Source of the DNA: Oopsacas minuta
Lineage: Eukaryota > Animalia > Porifera
Direction of reading: 5' to 3'
Length of the DNA stretch: 64,000 nucleotides
Assembly: GCA_024704765.1 (NCBI GenBank)
Contig: JAKMXF010000321.1
Coordinates: 310,001-374,000, forward strand
Made by a program: the position numbers and the translations under genes. Shown in pieces: positions 37,201 through 44,084 of this stretch. The notes under the pieces were generated by a model, which saw nothing but the letters and a program-made list of their open reading frames with translations, did no database searches and had not been told where the DNA came from. Position 1 is the stretch's first letter. Every line of letters begins with the position of its first letter.

Positions 37201-40200
37201 TTATTCTTAGCCTTATCATTCCGCGTACATACATGCTGAATTTCAAGTTTACCAGTCTTTCAATTAATTCAGTATGCGCCTCGACTTCAATCAGGTTTTC
37301 TAAACCTGATTGAAGTTCAGTGACATGTGTATACTTTCAGAATTTGCATTATGTCTCAAAACTCAAATATCACATTTTGATTCTAATACAGCCAATGGAC
37401 CATTTTACCTATTTTCTAATTAGATATACGCGCTCATTTCTATATCCGTGTTTGTTATACAGGTAATTGATATGTAAACTAATAAGTAATATATCCACAA
37501 TTAACGTGATAGCATCTTAAGACTTATTCAATTGGGAAATATACTATTGCCTTACAGGTATATTCTATGATTACAGATTATGTGTAATCTATATTACATA
37601 ATTATGAAAATTTATACAAAACATTATCAAATATATTATTTATACAATTCAGATATTAACAAAGGTGTGAAGTTATGTATTACAATTGTTATTTGCAATT
37701 TGTATGAACTATTCCAGCATTTTAACCTCATACTTTTCCTATTTATAAGGTTAGAAAGATTTTCTAGGGAAATTTAAATGTGATTTGTCCCTTTGATTTA
37801 TACTTTAGGCTTACAACCTTGAAACTTATTTAAATAGATGTATGTAACACAATCTGTTATATAAGAAATTTGATCAACAATGGATTCTAATTCTACACAC
37901 CATTTCCCTGTAATCTCTAACTATCATTTCACAAGTGTCTTGCTACGTATTTTATTGACAATTAACATTTTCGTTATTTTCATATGGATCACGTATTTAT
38001 TCAAATTGCTGGTGATTCAAATCGTTCGCTATTTCAAGATTGCAAAGTCGAATTTTCCAGGTTCTAATGATTATGAGGAACAGTATAGAGTAAAGGTAGA
38101 TATTTTAAAATACAGTTTTGTAATAGGATGTTTTACTTGCGAGCTATTTAGCGAAATGTTCGGGTTTTCGGCAGGAGAAGTTGTGAGAGCCTATCCCATA
38201 ACAGGCTTCACACCCTTTCGTCTCTCTAACTCATGTGAATTGCTGCCAGTCGGCTGGCTATATAGACTCTACCAATTTCCAATCGCTTACCGGATATTTC
38301 ATGCCCTTTGGTGCTGCTTCACGATTCTAGCAATTTCCCTCTTTTTGTGGTTGTTTCATATTTTGACGAAAGTATATCGGAAATCTCTGAACCAAATCAG
38401 ATACGTTTTTCCAATAATCATCCTGACGTTGTCTGTCCTTATAAATTTCATTCTGTCAGTTGTGCTTCAAACTGTTGTGTTTGGTAACATTCTATACTGC
38501 CTTTTCGTTGTCATGCTGTATATAGCTGTTATAATAGAAGTGAGACGTTTTGGTCGAGTTTTGGAAGAAATCCGAAATGGATCAATCTTAAATGTTGAGA
38601 ACAGTTTTGAAAAGGAATATTATATGATTAAACTCTCTCACGACAAGCGGACAATCAGAAAATACGGAACAGTAGTTAGTCTAATCCTATTCTTACTGGG
38701 TCTTGATTTATTCTCTCAATCCATATACATCATTTTCAATGTATTCATATATTCAATACTGATTAATCCGTGTTGGTTCAAGCATGTGTATGGAATACCT
38801 CTCAATTTCCAACTCACCTCGCATACGATAGATAACTTAGAGCTATCAGCTGATTACCTAATACTCTTCCGGGATATCATGTCAGGGTGCTACTTCTTCG
38901 GATTTATTTGTTTTAATACCGGAATGTTAATAATACCAATTATGCATTCTGTGTTCAAAAAACTAAGCAAAACAAGAGAAATTGAAGTAAATGATTTGAA
39001 GGAAAAGTTGTTACAATAATTTCAATGCTATGCTGTTCGTTATTAATATTACTTACATTATAATATGCTAATTTTCCTTTAAGAATATATACAAATATTT
39101 TATTCATAAATATCCATTGAGAGCAAGTCTATTATGATAATTCTAAGATTTTAATTATTTGTTTACTTTATATTCATAAAAACAACATTAAACTTACATA
39201 TGATGAAGTTTAAGATGTGAAGTTTGGGTACAAACATACATACAAGCAACAATTGAATTTAATAATTCGTATAGTAATAATAATTATACAAGTAAAGGTT
39301 GTTTGAGTTGAGGTTTGTACAGACATCTACACACTTTAGAAGTTCTAATTTCTATCAAAATTCTGTCATAAACGATCGAACAGAAATACAAAACACTCAA
39401 CACACTCAAATACCCAATCACCAGTAATCCAGTAACTGTTCTAATCATCCACACTATATAGCAAGCTTTGTAGAAGATCTCTTTATCAAATTCAAGATTA
39501 GAGATTTGTAAATTGAAATTATAGTTTATCCAACAGCTGTTTAGTAAAAATGTTTGTAATACTAGAACTATAGTGAAGTATAGGAAACAACTTAGTATGT
39601 ATGCTTGGAAGAAAACGGATAACACTAACTGTGCTTTTCTCATTTGGATGCACTTTTTATGGTATTTTAGAGGGAAATCGTGTTCATTTGAGTATTCAAA
39701 ATCTTTAATTTGCCATGTAATCAGCATGAAGAGTCTCTTAAAATCTCTCAAACAGTGTACTATTAAGAATTGTATGATGAAAAGCGAGAATCCAAATCCT
39801 ATTGCAAATGATTGACTGAAGGAGCAAAGTATTAATACGATGGGTAACGTAATGCATAGAAATAGTTTAGAAAATATTTGTTTTTGACGTAATTTCTCTT
39901 TCATAAATGCAGCTTTTAGGTGTAGAACAGTCAATCGTATCAAAATGAGCTCAAATATGTATAATGTCTGTCTTAAACCTTCTAAAAGCCAATTCACATA
40001 GCTCACCTTTTCAAAATCATACAACCAACTATTTTTATCCAATTCACAGTTCGGGGCAATCGTCAAATTAGCCTTATTAGACTTCCAAACAGTTGCGAAC
40101 AGGTTCTGTATTGTGAACACGGTAAGGCTATTCCCTACCTCAACTAATACGATTGATAGCAGCAATATATTCCTTATTAGAGCAGTCTTGCTATTAATGT

Positions 40201-41318
40201 ATCCTATTGTATTACTGCTGTGTAGTTGATATCTCCATGTATGGTATGACTTCTTTATTTGTGAAACACAATAAACGACCCAACCCAATAATACAACAAT
40301 AAAGAGAGGAGTGTAGCCCCACATAGCGAAGTCTGTAATAAACCCGGATAATCTCACGTGACTACTCGACATTGTAATATTTATTAAATCAATACTGCAC
40401 CAGTTTTTATAGTCACAACCAGGAGAAAAATGACGTATATTTATTTGTTTTGTTTACATCAACAATACAACTATTAAATATTACTTATGATCCAAAAGAC
40501 ATGAACCACAACTCTGTGCAATCGTGATTACTGGTCTTTTATGGTTACTTTCAGCTCAATCCCTTTAAATGTTTTGTAATATAGTTTAGTAGAAATATTT
40601 TGTCAACTATATTGCTTACAACACAGTTTATGAAAGCATAGATGTAATACAAGAAATTAAGTATAATTTTGTAATAGGACACTGCTGGTCAGGAAAGGTT
40701 CAGAACTTTAACGCCCTCATACTACAGGGGAGCACATGGTGTTATAATTGGTGAGTAATTACTCATATATTCACACCTTTTCGGTATATCTTATGATTGT
40801 TTACTTGTTGTTCTATTCAAGTTTACGACACAACTTGCGTAGAGTCATTTAACAGTCTACAGACGTGGTACAACGAGATGGGAACGTATTGTACTAATCC
40901 AGATGGTGTAACGATGTTGGTTGGCAACAAGACTGACAGAAAGGTATGCAACTGTTTATTGAAACAAAAAGCAGTTATATTGGTATACTCTATAGGCGGA
41001 GAAGGCTATTACGAGAGAACAGGGCCTGCAATTTGCTAGAAGACACTCTATGCTGTTTATTGAGACAAGGTTAGTATGCTAGCCAAAAATATTATATGTT
41101 CTTCGAGGGAAATTTGAAAAAGTGTTTTGTGAGTATATTGTATGTAATTTAGTGCGAAACTGAATGAACATGTTCAAGTAGCCTTTGAAGAGCTTGTACG
41201 TAAAATCCTACAAACACCTACTCTAATCACAGCTGTTAAAGATAAATATGCTCCCCTCACTATGCCAGACTTAGAGGATTCCAGCGGACAACAGGCCAGT
41301 TGTTCCTACATATGTTAA
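25259..41318 (+). CDS. RAB18: Rab18 small GTPase, 7 exons
   Basis: Exons 25259-25326, 25387-25442, 25880-25941, 40678-40750, 40822-40943, 40996-41069, 41153-41318 are all GT-AG and phase-consistent. They give [98 protein letters not shown]. Confidence 0.95.
25452..25596. mobile_element. MITE family A in RAB18 intron 2
   Basis: taccgtcacctcccgttatatcgaagctc, family core ttgacggtttgggactatattt, right end ...tttactgta. Confidence 0.75.
26095..26102 (+). promoter_or_regulatory. TATA box of nested 7TM gene 1
   Basis: TATAAATA, first T 41 nt before the ATG at 26136; the same spacing recurs in paralogues. Confidence 0.45.
26136..27215 (+). CDS. Orphan 7TM receptor-like protein 1 (nested in RAB18 intron 3), 359 aa
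   Basis: Seven hydrophobic segments; ECL1 NPCVLVEQSYLW, ECL3 MNSCWF; basic ICL1 and ICL3. Confidence 0.85.
   Translation: MEFIDVLFDGVLVLMNLSSSTLLFFSLFWLLFLISELKRVYPLWQYQRRLSTHEGNLKAVDYRNNLVKNSLGLIFVVIELITFSIETLEGIARRLIIEITNKDISNPCVLVEQSYLWWNVQYSVIRILETIRQSGMLLLPAVLTVMVMHLQSIYSGFDRRVSIKKFIILTVASLFALLITKSMLSTLLIAETIYMIALPILFYLLVKNTHSLYSSMQRRVVDISHEGNSHRMLYLREKRLVRTFRWKIIPMYTSAGIGIFGQVLYVMIYAGVGSVFMNSCWFGTQYNIHVNVSYNNTFTEATEYFVFLSRFLYFLTGNLFLWTVIIVNVCILVGVLIEKMRGCYPRHSVSLQACLIENI
27873..28985 (+). CDS. Orphan 7TM receptor-like protein 2 (nested), 370 aa
   Basis: Seven TM segments; GNCTFKNYSWL, QNPCWF. Confidence 0.85.
   Translation: MPVIDDSFVILGRKIFSFVFEFSILILLLLSVQWVCYLYRDSKYAYHTWKYKISCYTFEEWIEGRNFKHRYYKNIYLIIFLCSDMIMCVSLLPQAVLRLFDITPFHSIGNCTFKNYSWLQEYYNGGRTLWVLESIRLSSLVLETGFFQLILLYLIEVYTTVNQKPIKYHPIFKRLSLNIVLSLLIFVLNLDDHTFMFGQILYAVVLPIYAVVTIKYARRLSMVLGWRHQDAEYIYSQNNAILLNEERVILRYRRTIVPLYLTLLIVSLGQVVYIIVYVLIDTILQNPCWFTEIYRFSYTNANTLLPNDLQFYWTSAGLGANVVWLSTGMIFFWTIIVVNIYHFVSEFYQEYKRRKLFKDRELVRRLIPSQ
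29697..29860. mobile_element. MITE family B, degenerate copy between 7TM genes
   Basis: gggcctgtgggaacggattgaaaaataaagagcgaattcctagtccc resembles the 49685 and 63349 copies. Confidence 0.6.
29931..31058 (-). CDS. Orphan 7TM receptor-like protein 3 (nested), 375 aa
   Basis: Seven TM segments; GNCSIHYDSWL, VNYCWV; C-terminal APLL. Confidence 0.85.
   Translation of the reverse strand: MVHSWQHIVAIISIGLIWISAIIIFIVMISWLMKFLRMITKSYKAWRAHTGGYREEDTGYALRQEFAKHILCVVFISTLLLLIPIMAIHNGGVVYVFDNTDRADRTVGNCSIHYDSWLWNKINEPIEYGWALHSQWQPFAVLAMASFELILLQLITAQYANNKRVLTWQVKVTAIIAILEFIAVFLLNCWLETIFFGHSLYVFLILIHLLIIDICLIQFYCLMRKQIADLAHLKSREYYASLSYKLHYELFIIPMVCLVHIMILIEIIFAISIIAETAVVNYCWVDVTYPWNYEIAEQVNIQFEHYSSYWIQFLNISRQILGFLVMMYLLIVQCVYSFREWRKEKAAKKRDPDGCVMQESDDIIAPLLNNGKGIN
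31092..31099 (-). promoter_or_regulatory. TATA box of 7TM gene 3
   Basis: TATAAATA on the minus strand, first T 41 nt before the ATG. Confidence 0.45.
31657..31802. mobile_element. Degenerate CAGT-ended TIR element
   Basis: tacagtgaaacctcg ... cgagattctattgta imperfect inverted ends with TA flanks. Confidence 0.5.
32004..33125 (-). CDS. Orphan 7TM receptor-like protein 4 (nested), 373 aa
   Basis: Seven TM segments; QKCRIQESTWL, LNPCWL. Confidence 0.85.
   Translation of the reverse strand: MNQSHVFHDVLLYGTGFPLGVTAFLVFAVSLGWLIYMSGKVKMSYRSWIFYKDYYKYNSEYFDVIMSHRNTYFKNVLIFLFLIVDVLMLLFVFIDGIIAETEKSYLHPNDTLSQKCRIQESTWLSFKLNHNHPEVSIIESLWQVLAVTEMTIFNMIYLVLIQTYSHEPQHNNNLIKLFSSYIPIEMATIFILNIFKCTVLLGRLAFTIFLQFHMILNIYYSWLLWQRLKRYKIDMTYFMSQESREFTVFDKVTIRYKWLTIWNVCLLQFIVLTLIAFTVVNVFGETILLNPCWLEEVYGCKIHRFDINAHVFRLVTYLIICVRDWAISAHLLYILVVQVVILLIHVVMRCRRTKTSGFVQINTPLSHRNGGWQ
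33755..34870 (-). CDS. Orphan 7TM receptor-like protein 5 (nested), 371 aa
   Basis: Seven TM segments; ENCKIRNETWL, LNNCWF; C-terminal KPLLA. Confidence 0.85.
   Translation of the reverse strand: MGVLAHILHYSYVIEIGMQMIAGPMVILISLIWLSYFIKQAKNNYKQWRVNIYEGHEGLKRKVFFHKSALISTLLIADMIMCVASFAESATYLISSSNLTIDLKTENCKIRNETWLASIVFEREHSSSYFEGIWQSAVLAEFCIFISILRYFTCIYTQSLASYKKKRDYSLKKEKMTFLVIMVPQTLLLLCFDTSPDMIMTGQLIFGILALIYWWLTLKYAMELYKKLKWYQADMKDELDTIQKNNDVYNFKLYKSAIIILLLVSFLFIFAEFAYIVCNVWIGTIVLNNCWFIRHFPIETKISISHEAENYYRYVTFTCIILRDMTAIVFLISVLVLNAYFVVTEHVRRRRLDKFIRMRLCTENLKKPLLA
34904..34911 (-). promoter_or_regulatory. TATA box of 7TM gene 5
   Basis: TATAAATA on the minus strand, first T 41 nt before the ATG. 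Confidence 0.45.
35342..36430 (-). CDS. Orphan 7TM receptor-like protein 6 (nested); first ATG at 36430 (the ORF track starts at a TTG, 36442)
   Basis: Seven TM segments; NNCSLYGGSYL, LNNCWV; C-terminal TPLL. Confidence 0.85.
   Translation of the reverse strand: MILLVVYKAFSYVTISIFCLFLLISVSWIIHFFLKLKTTLTDINNIKQRPSDAESEVRLLNYKNRFFKSILFSFYLLIESLCVVSMITELSFNLAHSKNNTIYVNNCSLYGGSYLHLRYEKVFASAMAVRKGLVVYVTLLFLLILLYFNNVYKFKERFAYSAKQVLWLFVTFLPALLVAITTFLPWTILIDWILNSIVLIVAFFAGVHYAKKLNVQLKMRQQDLEHADGIDVVDLRTHSQQIRQYRLFIKPIFIIGQYLLISKIIDELVKEFVGTILLNNCWVEKTFRIQFPLNISSKAEDIYSILQLVVTTNLTVAICLLMITLIIMNMLLICNKINSKRRVYRTHFKSSTPLLGNYRGIV
37880..39019 (+). CDS. Orphan 7TM receptor-like protein 7 (nested), 379 aa
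   Basis: Seven TM segments; NSCELLPVGWL, INPCWF; ends EKLLQ. Confidence 0.85.
   Translation: MDSNSTHHFPVISNYHFTSVLLRILLTINIFVIFIWITYLFKLLVIQIVRYFKIAKSNFPGSNDYEEQYRVKVDILKYSFVIGCFTCELFSEMFGFSAGEVVRAYPITGFTPFRLSNSCELLPVGWLYRLYQFPIAYRIFHALWCCFTILAISLFLWLFHILTKVYRKSLNQIRYVFPIIILTLSVLINFILSVVLQTVVFGNILYCLFVVMLYIAVIIEVRRFGRVLEEIRNGSILNVENSFEKEYYMIKLSHDKRTIRKYGTVVSLILFLLGLDLFSQSIYIIFNVFIYSILINPCWFKHVYGIPLNFQLTSHTIDNLELSADYLILFRDIMSGCYFFGFICFNTGMLIIPIMHSVFKKLSKTREIEVNDLKEKLLQ
39284..40372 (-). CDS. Orphan 7TM receptor-like protein 8 (nested), 362 aa
   Basis: Seven TM segments; PNCELDKNSWL, LNSCWI; ends QPLLV. Confidence 0.85.
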   Translation of the reverse strand: MSSSHVRLSGFITDFAMWGYTPLFIVVLLGWVVYCVSQIKKSYHTWRYQLHSSNTIGYINSKTALIRNILLLSIVLVEVGNSLTVFTIQNLFATVWKSNKANLTIAPNCELDKNSWLYDFEKVSYVNWLLEGLRQTLYIFELILIRLTVLHLKAAFMKEKLRQKQIFSKLFLCITLPIVLILCSFSQSFAIGFGFSLFIIQFLIVHCLRDFKRLFMLITWQIKDFEYSNEHDFPLKYHKKCIQMRKAQLVLSVFFQAYILSCFLYFTIVLVLQTFLLNSCWINYNFNLQISNLEFDKEIFYKACYIVWMIRTVTGLLVIGYLSVLSVLYFCSIVYDRILIEIRTSKVCRCLYKPQLKQPLLV

Positions 41319-41527
41319 CCACCCTACTCACTTACTGTGGTTTTAAGATGTACATTTATAACTTTCTGTCAGAGTTTGTATTGATTTTACACAATTCGAT
41401 TCTATAATCGATTCTGTAGTTACCTAGCTTGTGTATTGTAATGTGAGATTACAGATATTTTCCTTTTGTAAGGGTAAATTTCAAAAATATTAAATTTATA
41501 ATTACAGATAACTCTCGTTTATATATT

Positions 41528-41820
41528 GAAGCTCTAGAGACCGCGAAATTCTTTGATATAACCAATGTCACTTATGTACAGTCAACTTCTGTTATATCGA
41601 AAAGCCCGCTTATATCAAAGTCTGAAATTGTATACATATTGTACAAAAACCGTCAAGATAACACCAAAATCATAGGCTATATCGAAGTAATTATCGTGGT
41701 CCCTTGAGCATCGAAAGAATGAGGGTTGCTGTATGGTACGCATTAACGGTTTGGGACAATATTAAAACAATTTTAGACTTGGATATAAGCGGATATTCGA
41801 TTTATCGGGAGTTTACTATC
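41528..41820. mobile_element. Cluster of MITE family A copies (full copy 41577..41733 plus flanking fragments)
   Basis: tacagtcaacttctgttatatcgaa ... gggttgctgta, followed by a second core acggtttgggacaatatt...ttagacttggatataagcgg. Confidence 0.7.
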
Positions 41821-41936
41821 TCCAATTCAAGTAAGCTACCATTGACTAAATTTGGGAAATATTCCATCTAGTAAATTACAAAATACTAATCATTGCAAAT
41901 GTAATCAGTGGTTTGTTATCGTAGACAGATTGCGTA

Positions 41937-43658
41937 ATGCAATTTATGAGAATATATTCGCTTAAACTTGTTTACTTACCAAAACTTTTCCATAACCACT
42001 CGTACGCAATAAACTTACCAAACCGATTAACATTCCAATATACCAGAATGGCTTCTAAGGTATCAGACCCCTCCCAGATGGATACAACAGTTATTGACCA
42101 AGAGGTACTTAATCTCACTGATCTGCCCCCTGGGGTCATGAAACAAGTGGAGCTGCAGGACGGTTATAAAGTTCTGCTCGTGAACAATGAAGGGATAATC
42201 TCTGCATTGGCAAATGCATGTACTCATTACGGAGCCCCGCTTATAAACGGTGATAAGATTGGTAATACTATTCGGTGTCCTTGGCATGGGGCATGTTTCA
42301 ATACAATCACAGGAGATATTGAAGATTTCCCCGGCCTGGACAGTCTTAAGAAGTATGATGCTACTGTCGCTAATGGTAAAATAAGAGTACGAGCTAAAGT
42401 ATCAGATTTAACTCAGAAAAAACGCACGAAAGGAATGGTAAAATATTCAGAGAAAAATAATAATGTCGTCCTTCTGGTCGGAGGCGGGCCTGCTTCTACT
42501 GTTTGTGCTGAGACACTACGTCAAGAGGGATATGACGGGAAGATTGTCATGGCATGTAAGGAAAAGTTTCTACCGTACGATCGTCCTAAAGGTTCAAAAG
42601 CTATGGAGACGAAACCTGAAAGTATTTCTCTAAGAAAGGAAGAGTTTTATATAGATAACGGGATCCAAGTTATGCTGGGTAAAGAAGCTACAAGTATTGA
42701 TATTGACAAGAAAGAAGCCGGGTTCAAAGATGGATCCAGACAGAAATACGATCAGCTGCTTCTAGCAACTGGAACTGAATGTCGGACACTTCCAATCCCT
42801 GGCAAAGACCTCAAAGGTTTGTACACGCTGCGAACCATGGATGAGGGAAATGCTATATTCTCTGCCGCTAAAGACAAGACCGTAGCGATCATTGGTGCTT
42901 CTTTCATTGGTATGGAGGTAGGATCTTGTCTTGTTAAAATAGCTAAATCAGTCACTTGCATTGAATACGCACCTTTTCCATTCCCTGTACTGGGAAAGGA
43001 AGTAGGAATGGGACTTAAGGAATTCTCTGCACAGCAAGGTGTTAAGTTCGAGTTAGGTGTGAGAGTAGAAGAATACATAGGAGAGGGGGGAGAGATCAAA
43101 GGTGTGAAACTCTCTGAGGGTAGAGTGATCCCCTGTGACATGGCAGTGGTAGCAGTAGGCGTCAGACCGAGTACTGATTTCCTGATTGGTTCTGGTATAA
43201 ATCTTAATAAAGATGGATCTATATCTACAAATGAATTCCTCGCGGTTAAGCCAGACATATTTGCTGCTGGAGATATTGCTATGTTTCCTAGTCCATTTGG
43301 TTACGGGGAATCTGTACGTATTGAACATTGGCAGATTGCACTTAATCACGGACGTGTAGCCGCTATGAATATCCTCAAAAGACAAACACCAGTTGATACA
43401 GTCCCCTTTTTCTGGACTGTCCTGTTTGGGAAAAGTGTACGCTACTGTGGATACTCGAGGGGATATGATAAATTCGTTTTTGAAGGTTCAATCGCTGACC
43501 TAAAGTTTGTGGGATATTATTTGAGAGAGGGGAAGCTTGTTGCGGTTGTTGGACTAAATTCTGATCCAAAAGTATCCCATTATGCGAACAAAATGAAAAT
43601 TGGACAATTCTCTACACTAGAAGAGCTGAGACAGACTACTACGCTTCACGAGCCCTGA
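41937..43658 (+). CDS. AIFM3: Apoptosis-inducing factor 3-like Rieske/FAD oxidoreductase, intronless (start may be 41937 or 42048)
   Basis: Rieske CTHYGAPL...RCPWHGACFN; FAD/NAD motifs VGGGPAS, YDRPK, IGASFIGMEV, AAGDIA, RIEHWQIA, VPFFWT. Confidence 0.92.
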   Translation: MQFMRIYSLKLVYLPKLFHNHSYAINLPNRLTFQYTRMASKVSDPSQMDTTVIDQEVLNLTDLPPGVMKQVELQDGYKVLLVNNEGIISALANACTHYGAPLINGDKIGNTIRCPWHGACFNTITGDIEDFPGLDSLKKYDATVANGKIRVRAKVSDLTQKKRTKGMVKYSEKNNNVVLLVGGGPASTVCAETLRQEGYDGKIVMACKEKFLPYDRPKGSKAMETKPESISLRKEEFYIDNGIQVMLGKEATSIDIDKKEAGFKDGSRQKYDQLLLATGTECRTLPIPGKDLKGLYTLRTMDEGNAIFSAAKDKTVAIIGASFIGMEVGSCLVKIAKSVTCIEYAPFPFPVLGKEVGMGLKEFSAQQGVKFELGVRVEEYIGEGGEIKGVKLSEGRVIPCDMAVVAVGVRPSTDFLIGSGINLNKDGSISTNEFLAVKPDIFAAGDIAMFPSPFGYGESVRIEHWQIALNHGRVAAMNILKRQTPVDTVPFFWTVLFGKSVRYCGYSRGYDKFVFEGSIADLKFVGYYLREGKLVAVVGLNSDPKVSHYANKMKIGQFSTLEELRQTTTLHEP

Positions 43659-44084
43659 TAACCTATAGGTCTGAATTTAGAGTGTTGAGTAATTTCGTAT
43701 TTTTGCTGTGTCGACAGTATTGAACTTGGTGCTTGGATAATTTTAGTATTTTTCTCTGTGTTATGTTTATTGTGCGTCTTAGAAATATTCAATTAATATA
43801 TATTATGCAGAAATGCTGTCGGCACTGTTTGTAATTTTGTAATTTTGTTTTCCAAAATTGGATACAAATAACAGGAATAATAGCAAAGTAATCATATAAA
43901 CCGCATTGCGATTACAACTTCACTTTTGTGGTGCAAATAATGAGCAATTATACTGAAAAGAAAATTTCCAATGCATCTGCCGGACAGCTCTTTATGGCTG
44001 CTGCATACACGAATACAGCATTTGTATATACTCATAAGAATTATATTTATTTATTCTAATGCTATTTCAAGATTTGATTTTCAA

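Noticed and set aside
26136-40372. Assigning the 7TM genes to rhodopsin-class GPCRs, opsins or insect-type OR/GR
   Set aside because: No DRY, NPxxY or TM3-ECL2 Cys pair, no obvious retinal-binding Lys in TM7, and the inferred topology is N-out rather than inverted. Left unassigned.
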